DNA of 64,000 nt from Piedraia hortae CBS 480.64. Lineage: Eukaryota. The stretch lies in contig MU006026.1 of NCBI GenBank assembly GCA_010093745.1, positions 1-64,000 on the forward strand, read 5' to 3'. The position numbers were made by a program, and so were the translations under genes. A model generated the notes under the pieces. The model made no database searches, had not been told where the DNA came from, and saw nothing but the letters and a program-made list of their open reading frames with translations. Every line of letters starts with the position of its first letter. Position 1 is the first letter of the stretch. This document shows positions 1 through 11,700 of the stretch, one piece after another.

Positions 1-192
1 AGAGATTTGTATGCAGGTACACATCTGCTCACAATTATAATAGACGGACGGGCCGACGTGCGCACCTCTACAGCCAGCATATTCCCTTAATCAGCCATCA
101 GTTCACAGCAAAGACAGTCACAGCTACGACTAGTACACCCCTTAAAACTCATACTCTGGTTCCTACACCCCTAAATTTTTGCTCGACTAAAT

Positions 193-1209
193 ATGGGATC
201 AACAGATGATGAGGGCTCGCGAACAGTGTTGCGTAGATCTCATCGAGCCGTGAAGCCAACCCAGAGGGCTCTCAACGCAGACCCCCCTCTCAGAAGGCGA
301 AGAAAGCCTCGTGTGAATAAGTATGCATCGGAGGCTGCGGCTATAAGCATGTCCCCTGAAGGCTTTAGTGAGAAATATACCAGTCCACTTCAAAGTGCTA
401 CTTTGATGGAATCTCGTGACGCACAGAACGAGCGTGATGCTTATAAAAGTACAACGCCAGCCAAACGCTCGACACATTCGGTCGATGAGGGACGCTCCCA
501 GACGACGAAGTCCTCCTCATCTTACAGAAGCATTAACCTGGAGCCAGTTGCAAAACGCCAAAAATTGCAACAAACTGACGACTATGCATCGGAATCAGAT
601 GATGGCTCACCGATCTTGCATTTCTTAGTCAAGCCCACACGCACGCCGACGAGTCCTGCACAGCCAGCCTTCGCTCCACCTGAGCCGTCCCCTTCTCCCG
701 CCGAGCGAACTCAGGTTACCGACGGAACAATGCCATCTCTTCCTGATTTGGCTGTCGCTCATGTCAAACGTGCTGTCTTCCCTACTGCTAGTCCGGCTTC
801 CGCTCTCGCTGAACAAGTGGTTTACTCTACTGCTGGTCGAGTTCCTGCTCCTGCTGCAGTCCCTACTGCTAATCCAACTCCCGCTCCCGTTGGGCGAGCG
901 ATCTTTCCTGCTGTCGGTGCGGCTTCCTCTCCCGCTGAAAAATGGGCCGTCCTTGCTGATGATACGGCTTCCGCTCCCGTTGAGCAAGCAATCCTCTCCA
1001 CTACCAATATGGCTCCTCTATCTCCCGAGTCGACGCTTCCCTCGGATGTGATGCCGTTTGCGGGCTACAATGATCAGAGAGCTGATGTCGCAGTCGTGGA
1101 AAAGGTCTTGCCGCCTGTTTGCCCCTTTTTTATGGCCTCTCAAGGAAGGTATATGTCCACTGCCTGGAAGCATGCAAGGAAGGGCGAGCTTACCGAAGAT
1201 ATGTTTTGA
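193..1209 (+). CDS. Hypothetical low-complexity Pro/Ala/Ser-rich protein with basic NLS-like stretches and internal degenerate repeats
   Basis: 338-aa ATG ORF. It has RRRRKPR and AKRQK basic clusters and repeated (R/Q)A(V/I)FP..S.AE segments. No recognisable domain; it may be lineage-specific or decaying. Confidence 0.45.
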   Translation: MGSTDDEGSRTVLRRSHRAVKPTQRALNADPPLRRRRKPRVNKYASEAAAISMSPEGFSEKYTSPLQSATLMESRDAQNERDAYKSTTPAKRSTHSVDEGRSQTTKSSSSYRSINLEPVAKRQKLQQTDDYASESDDGSPILHFLVKPTRTPTSPAQPAFAPPEPSPSPAERTQVTDGTMPSLPDLAVAHVKRAVFPTASPASALAEQVVYSTAGRVPAPAAVPTANPTPAPVGRAIFPAVGAASSPAEKWAVLADDTASAPVEQAILSTTNMAPLSPESTLPSDVMPFAGYNDQRADVAVVEKVLPPVCPFFMASQGRYMSTAWKHARKGELTEDMF

Positions 1210-4200
1210 CTTCTACAAGGCGGGAAGGATCCACCTTTAAGGCTTGTCGTTCATTGCTCAAATTAGACTGTCGATGTGCGATTGTGAATTATGGCTTCTC
1301 AGGCGGATGAATGTGAGAGATGATCAAGGGTTTTGGAAACTGGTTCTTCGAATTGTGCAGGACTTTATGTAGCCAGTGGTAGTGTACAAGGAAGATTCCA
1401 AACAACAGTTCAACTCTCAGTGTGATAATGTCCGTAACTATGCAGGGAAAGTCGTTCGTGAGCATAAGCTAAAGCGTTACTTGATCATGAGTTGTGCGCT
1501 CCCTTCCTTGTGATCCTGCTCAACGACGGAAGCTATGCACTATGTGTCGGTAATCTTGCGTGGCGCACACAATCCATGCCTGGGATTCACTTTGCATGCA
1601 ATATTCACACCAAGCAAGAAGATTGCAACTTAGCTTCAATTGAGTACCTTGATCGTGCGCTGACCAGCCTTGGCCTGGTTTATGCCATACATCCATTTCG
1701 AGTTTGACAAAACAAAAATCGTTTACCCAGGATGGTGGGTGTATATGAGGTCCGATGAAGAAAACTTAAAGGCCATGAGAATCACCCAGTGTGACTAGAT
1801 GATCACCCTTGATCTCTGCAATGTGACCTTGTTGAGCTCCATCAGATGCTCAAGAGACGATGTCGGGTGATGAGGCGAAAAGATGAATGGGGAGAGGATG
1901 ATGTAGACTGCTCACAACCTATATTCTCCCAAATGGTAGGACTCCCTCTATATCCTACAAGACCTTTGTCTAGGGCCTGAGACCCAAGAGAAAAGAACGC
2001 CGCAGATATAACCTACACTGTGCTTGCGAACAAACCATCGAAGCCCTTAACATGCCAAGCACATATGCATGGCAAGCACATAACTCACATCAGAGGGCTT
2101 GTTCCAATATCTCAGGGACCATCGAGAGTAGCTCACTTAGTGAATCGAGCAGAGAAGGTCAAAGGCTTAAACTTCGTAACAGGCATGAAGTTCAGGGCAA
2201 TCTGTCGTCCAGTTGGACGACCTGTCAGCCTATATAGGGTCGGCTGCAGGGACAAAAATGCTGGCAGTTGGCGCAGGCCCGGTTTTGAGCAAGGTTTCAT
2301 CTTCTATGGAAGCTGTGGATGGCCGCATGGTGTAAGCTGCATTTGCTTTTACACCGAAACGCCTCACAAGTATAGCGCGCGCGATAGACCAAATTCATGG
2401 AACAGCAATGAAACGATTACTAGCTCTTGACACCAGGCTTCCGCAACAATAATCAGGGCATTCTGAATTATTCACATGGACAGAAGACATTTACATCAGT
2501 AACGGCGAGTCATCAAAATTGAGAGAACGGACCTTTTTCACGTCTCAGTACGGTCTGTCGAGTTGATTGACTGAGGAATAACTCAGCGCTGGGCTCAGTC
2601 TCGAAATAAGTGAAGTTTTGTGCGTCATATTTAGGGCCGTCAGAGGTGGAGGAAAGGACTCAAACCTCAGTAAAAAGCAAAGTGAATATTCCAAGATCAA
2701 ACCCCCCTACTAAATACATGTGACGGCATTGTTCTCAACTCCTTTCACGTCTTCATTATTCGGAGATGGATCCGGTCTCAACAATCTTTCCGCAAGCTGC
2801 TAACTTCTGACAAGGGCGCACGATTGATCTTGACAAGATATACATCACCAGAAATTGAGAGGGTATAAGTACCCCAATTCGGTTCATTTCATCATTAATT
2901 CGTTGAGCTCTCAGGAGACTTGAATAATGTGCTTAATCAATACTATCAGCCTTTGATGAGACTCTCTCTTGTCCTAGATTCTTGCGGACAATCAGCAGGT
3001 TCATCAGAGACGGAGATCTCACTACGAATTTGCCTACTAAATCTGCTAGGGTCATTCCCACGTGTCGTTATTGTCAGCGTTGCATGATATCAGTCATTAA
3101 AATAGTCTTTGAGGCTAGAGGCAACGTCCAACTCACGGGGTTCGTCGTTTCCAAGCGGCAAGCAGCAGCCAGAGCTTGTTGAAATCTGGCTAGCAGACCA
3201 CCCCACGCAGTTGTCCTATCCCGGCGCTCGGGAAATGGTAGTTTGGGGAGCTGCACATAAGTGACTGAGATATGCTCGTCATGAACACTGCATCACTGCA
3301 GTTGCATCAATTATCCATTGCTGTGCCATATCGCGGCGTCAAGCCATAAACCTATAATTGCTGGCTGGGGACACGGGCTACGTCGCTACGAGAGTGTCCC
3401 CATGATCATTCTGCCAATGGGACTCAAGTAGTTGATTTACATGGATGCGTAGATGTTGTTAGGTAAATGGGTGAAGCTTCTGTGCAACTGCATGATTTGT
3501 AGCAATTAACTAACAGCCAGAGAGTTTTAACAATTAATCAACTGCTTCTTCTTCTTTTTCAATCGCCTGGTTCGCCGAGATTTGTATCTATCCAAAATTG
3601 ACGATGCCATACACGGTAATTAAGTTGCATAGTTATATGCTGGGAGGAGCTCATTGTCGCTTTGCTAAGAGTTTCAGGGCGTCTTCCTAGGCTCACGTAT
3701 GTATAAGCCTCATCCAGGGGCTGTGAAGCCTTTTGAACACCCAATGGGACGGTATCATTCGAGAGAAACAGCGAGATCATCACTACCCAATTTACACATC
3801 GTCGACTCACCACGACGTTCCGTCATCTGTTCACCTGGATAACACCAGGCTGTACCTTAACAGAGATATGCTACGCATGCTCTCACTCCCCCAAAGCACG
3901 GTTGTAAAGTAGTTTGGTTTCGTCTTCAAGATATGTACGGCGGGACGGGCCGAACCTACGGGAATTCCGCCTTCTCACAGAAACATCATTCGTGCAACAA
4001 CCATTGCACCGTGAATTGTACGTCTTGAAGCCACTGTAAAACAGACATTTGTCTCAAACAAAAGCGTAACTGCTGTGCCGCCTTCGAGCTAATGCGCGGG
4101 AAAGGTATTGCCGTCTGCAGAAATATACCTCTCGACACCACAAGATGTTCCCAAATGATCGGGGAGTGTGCGATCAAACATGAGCGAGCGAAGGAAACTA

Positions 4201-4416
4201 AGCAGAGATACCGCAAGGGTAATGCCTTGAATCGTTACCCATATTCCCGTTCAATCAAGCACGATCACAAAAATACAGAGCGTTATCATAATCACTTGGT
4301 TCGTATGTTGGGAGTGTGGCTATTCCAAACATCCTACCTCCCCCTCCTTGGTTAAGCATACCAGTGGCCATTAAGATCTTGACAATCGGTATTACACCTG
4401 TATATCGATTTGACAG

Positions 4417-4920
4417 TTGGAAATCTCGGATCTTGGTCAACACTACTCTGTCCGTTGCATTCATTGGTTGAAAAAATTGGACGCTATAAGCGCAGAAAAC
4501 GACCAATCGTCAATCCATCACAGGATGTCAGAAGTTACGGTCTCGACACTGAGCATCGAAAGCTCTATGGGACGAGACATATCGCGCCTGGAAAGTCCAA
4601 AGATCATCGCTCTTGCGCAGCAAGAAGCTTCCCGGCTACCATACAGCCCAGATGGGATAGCAAGCCAATACGCGATTTTCGAAGATTGGGTAAACTGTCA
4701 ATAGAATGGCAAGGATCTATCAGACTTTAGCCAGACATTTCATTCATAGTCACAGCGAGGGAAGGCGACGAGGAAATCGCGCTCAAAGGTGGCGAGCCTC
4801 ACAGCAGCAATCAACGCCCCGAGGGCAAGACACGCCACAGGCATCCACGTCTTCCCCGACGACGTATACATCGCCAGCCTGCTGAATAGTGGGCGGCATG
4901 CCCCATATAGACACTCTATG
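4417..4920 (+). mobile_element. Degenerate retrotransposon gag-like fragment
   Basis: Read-through translation SQYAIFEDWVNCQ*NGKDLSDFSQTF, then FPDDVYIASLLNS, resembles the helical region of fungal copia Gag. It is interrupted by stops. Confidence 0.3.
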
Positions 4921-5663
4921 ACCTCGCCAGCACATGGTCCAGAGCGCCCGGTGTCCGCCCCCGCTCCCCCGTGCAAGTAAACTGGGGGCTGGGGCATTTC
5001 GACGTGCGGGACATTGAAGAGGCAGACCAGTTTCCTAAAGCTAGTTGCTCGGGACACGGCTCCGATATCCGCCTCTCCCCAGCATCGCTTAAGCGGCGGG
5101 ACCAAGTGCAGCTGAGGGCATTCTCACGCGCCGACGACCTGCGCCGGCTTAGCATTTGTGCCCACACCAAGACTAGCCGGAAAAGGAAGCACGCTCTGAT
5201 CCGCAGGACACTCGGTTGGCTCATCGCCGAGAGGACAAGCCATGAGGACTTTAGGGCATACCATGAGCGATTCAACCACAAGACCCCGTGATGAAGTGCA
5301 TCTGTAATGAAGACAGGTCGCCGGTGCACTTATTCTCCTGCCATCTGGCACGTAAGCGGTGGAAATCTCGGTAGAAGAGAAAGGGGTGGTTCCAGCGTGC
5401 GGACAACCGTCGACCGGGTGCTGTCAACATCAGAAGGGGCTGTCGAGTTCAGCTGATGCTGACCCTGAGCTCTTGCATGAACAGCTTCCAATGGTACCAG
5501 GTGCATTCACGCAAAATCTTTCATTGATGAGGAGGATTCAGCGTAGGAATGGAAAACTATGGACGAAAGAAACTCCGAGGACGATGATCTCGACACCTTC
5601 CTTTGTTTAAAACACTTTATTTTTCTCTGAGTTTGTCCCAACCGCAGAGGGTAGGACAACCAC

Positions 5664-6226
5664 AACCTGAGTGCGGCCGAAGCAAAGAAGGAAATCTGAG
5701 AGATGGACGCAAAGGCTCGACGGCGGATTGTTTGACACTTTTCTGAATACGACCTGGAACTTCTGGAGGACGAAAAATCAGCATGAGCGACGTAGCTGTA
5801 ATTGTGTAAGAAGTATGAACGGAAAACCACGGCTCAGAACCACCAAGCCATGGTTGACTATGCATACTTCGAAATGACTTTGGGGATGAGAGTAGACGAA
5901 GGCTGAGCAACTCTTCGCGCGTTAGTCAAAGACGCCGAGGGTATGGAGGGTTTCACGCAGTTGCTTCAAGGGCTTGTCGCCTTATAGACGCGCTTCCGAC
6001 AGAGAATAACGCAATGAAAGATGTGATGCGTGCCAGTATCTACGGCGCAAATGTTCTTCTGGAGAAAGTCGAGAGAGATGAGGCAACTCCCAGGTTTCGA
6101 GCGAGAAAGCACTTGCTGCTCGAGTGTTGCATAGCAAAGCAAAACAGAAGTTTGAACCCCGTCGGCGTGGACGAGCTAAACCTGCCAAACAGCGGAACAA
6201 CACAAATGTTTCGTGTCTCTTGTGTA
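5664..6226 (+). mobile_element. Ty1/copia gag (UBN2-like) relic
   Basis: One frame reads EI*EMDAKARRRIV*HFSEYDLELLEDEKSA*AT*L*LCKKYERKT...FEMTLGMRVDEG*ATLR. After a frameshift it reads RLIDALPTENNAMKDVM...LLEKVERDE, and it ends in a truncated CxxC knuckle (VSCLLC). Stops fall where W/Q/R are expected. Confidence 0.65.
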
Positions 6227-6239
6227 CTACCACTTTATA

Positions 6240-6600
6240 CGGGATAACTTCTGCCTTACGCCTACCTTCAGTTTTCAGCAAACAACAACGCCACAAGGAT
6301 CTTACCGCTCAGCTTGAGCAACTCAGCAAGCGGCCCGTAACACAAGATTTTATTGATTGGAGCCAGAAATGGCTGCTATTCGAGATCTACTTGGCCCAAG
6401 CTGCCCATTCATTGACCCCTGAACTTTCTGAAATCTTTTGTGAAGCGGTGCGCGCCCATAATTCGGCAATATACTCGAGCAACTAATGGAGTTTGGCACT
6501 CAAACTCTGTAGAAATTATCAATGCGAGCCTCATGTTTTCCGCAATTGCGAATACCTCTCTCTCGCCAAAGATCTGGTTGCCGAACACGTTGCAGGTGGA
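6240..6600 (+). mobile_element. Second, different gag-like fragment
   Basis: LRLPSVFSKQQRHKDLTAQLEQLSKRPVTQDFIDWSQKW...IFCEAV resembles the L..P....L...L.K.P..Q...W...W...FL.AV pattern of fungal copia-type Gags. Pattern recognition only. Confidence 0.35.
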
Positions 6601-7459
6601 AAAGCTTGCAAAATCAAGACATTGCGAGCGTTCGTTGCGCGCTCGGACGATGAGGAGCCAGGAACTGCACACATCACGAAAGAAGACATTCGTATGGTCC
6701 ATTCCAATGGATGGATCGCAGATATTCACAGTCTTCCTATATTAAAGCAATCACCACATCCCTTGGCTCCTCCTCGAACGAAAGCCACATTCAACCCCTC
6801 TTCTGTCCACACTCGATCTCTCCAAGAGCAAAGCAACCGACGCATCCATTCGATCTTATCTCTGAGAGATAGGCCACATGCTGTATGTGTCATGTGTCAG
6901 TCGACCAGGTACGTTATCTCAGATGTGATGCATGCGCCCTGTAAAACGACGCCAAATCGTTGGGTGCCAACGGTGGAAAGTTCCCAACCTTGGTGTGAAT
7001 TGATCTCGAGGATGGCAAGGATCTATCTGACCGTTGCTAGCATCATCAGTTGTCGCTTCGTCAATTGCAAAAAGTCTAGTTAGCAGCCGATAAGATAATC
7101 AAGTTGGTATGTGATGGATCCTCACAAGAGTACTGTACTGCCATCAGTCGATGCTGTCATGAGGTATCCTCTGTGTGAGCGTAAGGCGCAGGCTAGGCAT
7201 CGCATCGGCAAATCTTGCACAGGAATCGGGAACAGCACCACATTGAGAGCCATGGCCAAACAGACCGAGGGCGTCGACGGCTTCACTCACACGGTGGCAA
7301 CACGAGCTAAGCACTTCATTGAAGCGCTCCCATCGCAGTTTAATGCTTTAAAGGATGTCCTGAGAACCACCGTATTTGGCGCTGATGTTATAATTGCAGA
7401 ATGTCAAAGAGAAAGCGGCCGCGTTGAAGGCGCCAGCCGAGAATGCACTGTTAGCGCGG

Positions 7460-7690
7460 GAGTCCCGCGGTGGAGGTACTGGAAAGAACAAGAGAGAGAA
7501 ATCACGTTCGCAACAAGTAAAATGTAAAAGTGGCACCACGTACGCTCCAGTGCAGATTGTCTGAATGGGGTTTGAGAACAGACAATCATGACACCGTATC
7601 GCACCTATGCGCAGTCTATAACTTGGAAGTCTCCCAACACACCCTTAGGCGTGAACTCGCACAATGGAGTATGCAAACCAGTTCAGCATC
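7460..7690 (+). mobile_element. Relic of tandem Clr5-like/transposase HTH motifs
   Basis: Two repeats of the V(A/S)xxTLxxxLxxW motif (VAPRTLQCRLSEWG; LEVSQHTLRRELAQW), typical of fungal Clr5-domain/integrase-core element N-termini. An in-frame stop lies upstream. Confidence 0.35.
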
Positions 7691-8748
7691 CACAAACAAA
7701 ATATCTTTTTGTAGCGTACTCACACGCAAACAATAACCATGGCAAGCGAGGGAGTCTCAACGCACTCGGAAGGAGACCGCTTCGACAACGCGGGTTTCGT
7801 CGCCGTGCTAGCCGATGACAATCTAACGAGAAACCCGGAACTTAGAAACCAACGCGTGAGTGAATCGTCTTACGGCAAAGCTAGATAAAAATGTTATTGA
7901 GAAGTATCCGTGCCATACCTCGGCCTGATAACAAAGGCCATACAAAGAAAAGTCCTGTATAGCAAAATGCTCAAAGAGCATAATAAAAAGAACAGAGGGG
8001 CAATGGAGTGATATTTGAAACTGTCTGAACAAAGGAGCTACTTGTATATGAGCTCGCTGCTGAACATCAGACGATATAACTTTGCAAAAACTCAATCTTC
8101 AGAACGATTACGCTACGCAACAACTATCTTCCAACAGAAAATTTTACAAAGTATACTGGCAGCATGGCGCAAGCTCAGCAAGCGCTGGACGAACAACGTG
8201 ACACTATCAAAACGCGGTCTCGCAATTTTGGAAGGGTCGGACATACAATATAAGTTCCAGGTAGCTAGCACGCCTGAAACCAAAGTTGACGACCCCCGTA
8301 CGAGGGCAGAGAACGCGCCAAGCCGACTTCTCCTCATTGGTCAGCGAGTTCGACAAGAGAACGGTAAACAGCTAGTCGCAATTACACGACTATGTTAGGA
8401 GGGAAAACCAGAAAGGCAGAGTGTGAAATATTTTTGGTTGGCAAGGAGGCACCGTGTGCACGATGACCAAGCTTTATGTCGTCGGGTCTGGGGCTCACTT
8501 GTTTGCAAACCTAACGGTTTAACAGATTCTCTTGGCACGTTCTCCTGGCGTGATGTATGGGCCCAGTTTAATGCAAGATCAAGTGAGATTTCATGTTCTT
8601 GTCACAGATAAAGCCCCTGAAACGTCCAGAGTCACATACACCATTTACCAGAGTAAAATCCCCAAACCATGAGTCAATCATAACATCTCCTATCAAATCA
8701 AACTTTTCCTACCCGCATAACCTTTTACCAATTCATCCCCAAGGTACC

Positions 8749-11700
8749 TCACTCCCACGACGACGCAAACACACACTCCTCAAGCAATTCCTGCGCAATC
8801 TGCTCTTTTGTCTTCTTCGTCGTGACAATCTTCTTCGGAGACTTCATCAAGACACCATCACTCCTAGCCTTCTTCTTCACTGGACTTTCCCCCGTTGTCA
8901 TGGGTGAGGACTTCCTCTTCCCCTCTATCGTAGGCGATGCATGCCCCCCGATTCTAGCCGCAAGCTGACTTCCCGAATGAGCACCCTTATTGCGAGGCGA
9001 TGATGCGGGCGTCCGAACCCCATCGCCGTTCCTTGGTGTCGCCGCAGGCGACCCTCCCCCCAACCCCCCAACAATTTCAGGTTTCAAATCCCTAACCCAC
9101 CCCTTCCCATCCACGAAGCTGATCAACTTGCCCAGCAATTCGTTATGCGCAAGCGTCTCTCTACTACCAATGATGATCAGTTTGGCTTTCGCCCTCGTAA
9201 GCGCCACGTTGACCCGTCTCTTATCGTTGAGTAGGTCACCCACAATCCCCGCCTCATTGCTGCGGACGCAGGAGATTAAGAGGACGGGTTTATCCCTCCC
9301 TTGATACCGGTCCGCCGAGTCGATTTCGACTTCCGGGGGGATGGGGGAGGCGCGGAGGAGGGAGAGTTGGGCGCGGTAGAGGGTTAGGATTCCGATTGAT
9401 GTTGGCGGGACGCCGGTTGAGAGGAGGGAGGTTACGAGATGGGTTATGAGGTGGGATTCAAGGGGATTGGTGATGTTGCGGGAGGGGGTGGATATGGTTT
9501 CGTGCGATTTGGGGGTTAGGGGGTCGGTATTTAGGAAGAGGACGTGGGAGGCTGGGTTGAGGGTGGATGTTATCCAGCAGGTGGTGCGGGTGCCGCCGCA
9601 GTGGGGGTCGTGGGTGTGGGCGGAGGAGAGGTTGGGAATATGGAGGGTTTGGGAGGCGACTGAGTCGCTACCACAGCAGAGTTGGCCGTTGTAGATGAGG
9701 TGGTTTGAAAGGCTCATGATGTCTTCGCACATGCGGTATTGTTTTTTGAGGTTGGCGACTGCTTCCGGATGTGAGTCGTTGAGTTGTTTGAAAAGGGATG
9801 ATTCCAGGCCGCCGCTTCGCGCCGTGCGGTTCTGGACGAGAGGGGGGAGTTGGTGGTGGTCGCCTACGAGGACGAACTTGTGGGCTCGGAGAAGAGGGCT
9901 GAGGATGGTGGGTAATGTGATTTGGCTTGCTTCGTCGACGATGCAGATGTCAAAGAAGCGGCGTTTGAAGATGGGGTGGTTTGTACCAAGACATGTTGTT
10001 GCAACGATTCTGCTGTGAGAATATATCTTTTCAATGTCGTCAATGCTGTCTTTCGGCGTGCTGGCCATTTGGCAAAATTTTCGCACTGCGGGATTCACTT
10101 TGACGGGTGTCCCAAGGCGGAGGATGCTCTTTGGCGGTGCGATATCGCGGATTTTGAGGAGGATATTATCGACTGCCGTATGAGTAAATGCGGTGAGTAG
10201 TATAGTCTGATCAGTGGCGAGTAGCGCCCGAATAATGAGTGCAATGGTGGTGGTCTTCCCTGTGCCAGGCATGCCAAGTATGAGGGCATAGTCTTTAGCA
10301 CTGAGGACTTTGCTGACGGCAGCTTCTTGATCCTCGTTCATGTCTCCGAGCTGCGAGGCAGGAAGCTCGGGAATGGAAGACGGATTGAAGCTTGGCTCGG
10401 AATTGAATACGATTTGATCTCGCAACTTATTGCTAACCGGGTGCGAGGACATGAGCATGACGAGGTTATTGCGAATAAGCGCCAATCCATTAGAAAACTC
10501 GTCCTTGTCAACGCGATATCGCACCGGCTCCACATGGTCTGTCTGTTTCTCATTGGGGATGAGAGACATGATGCCGCGAAAGGCGTGGTTCGTAGCATCG
10601 TTGAACCCGCCCATTTTCTCTCGCGAGTCGCCCAGTTCTCGGTCAACCGCCACGGTGATCCGGCGTCTACTGACCGACAACACGTAGCCCGTTGCGAGTG
10701 CCCATTGCCCTCTTTCGGAGGAAACCACCGCAGGTTCCCCTACCACGAGCTGCGAGCCTAGTGTGAAGGGTGTACACCCTTGCTCAGCACGTTTGAACGT
10801 GTACATGAACCTTTGCATCTTCCCTTCCAAAGGAGTGCTCGGTGGAGCAGATGAGGAAAGGTCCGATGCCAGCACAAGATCTCCAAAACACCTTCCCGCC
10901 GCCTCCCGCTGTGAGGATGACATGGTCCAAAGCTCTCTACGGTACCTGTTGAGCTCACTCTCTTCAAACGTCAGTAGCCTGTCCCACTTTGAGAACCAAG
11001 TTTTCAAGACGGCGGCCTTTCCAGCGTCGGTATCCAATGGTAGTTGTCCAAGAACTTCTTTCCAAACCATGCTGTATTTTGTCTTTGAATCATCGACCAT
11101 GCCAGCGGACTCTGCCGTCCCGTTCTCGGCGAGTGCGTGATATGTAAAGCACGAATGTTTTGCATAGCACCGGCTACACTTGTAAGCGTTCTTCAACGGC
11201 GAAGGCAAACCCGACACTTCTGTCAGCTGCGTTGAGGGGACCGCTTTCTCCTTGGCTCCGTCCTCTGGGTGCCTAGCCTTATGGATATACGTCGCCAAGC
11301 GGTTCCGTTGTTGAATCATCTGTCTAATTTCATTGACAGGAGGTGCGATTCGGAACGTGTCTGAACTCTCCATGTAATAAAGCAAGCCAGATTTGACGCT
11401 GACATTGTAGCGGTCGGACAGCAGTAACGTGTACAATGCCGTCTGTGCCTTGTGCGCTGTACTCTGCGTCGTCCTGCCCGTTTTGACTTCCAAAGGCGCC
11501 ACCCATCTTTGAGGTCCTTCCGTTGACGGGTCAGCCACAGCGTTCTGAACGGTAGCATCGATATTCCCCTTTAACCCAAACCGGGGCGACCAGATATGCT
11601 CCTCAATGGCAATCAGCTTGCTGATGCTAACGCAGGTCTTTTGCCCATTTCGATCCTTGACCGTGGCTTTAGATGAAGGGTTCTCGGCGATAAAGGTGCT

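Noticed and set aside
2400..3420. Possible fifth and sixth F-box/LRR relics (minus strand here and at about 24800-25030)
   Set aside because: Only faint echoes (LPKLPFP, RSPSLMNLLI, LLDIGNKC); too degraded to support without a profile search.
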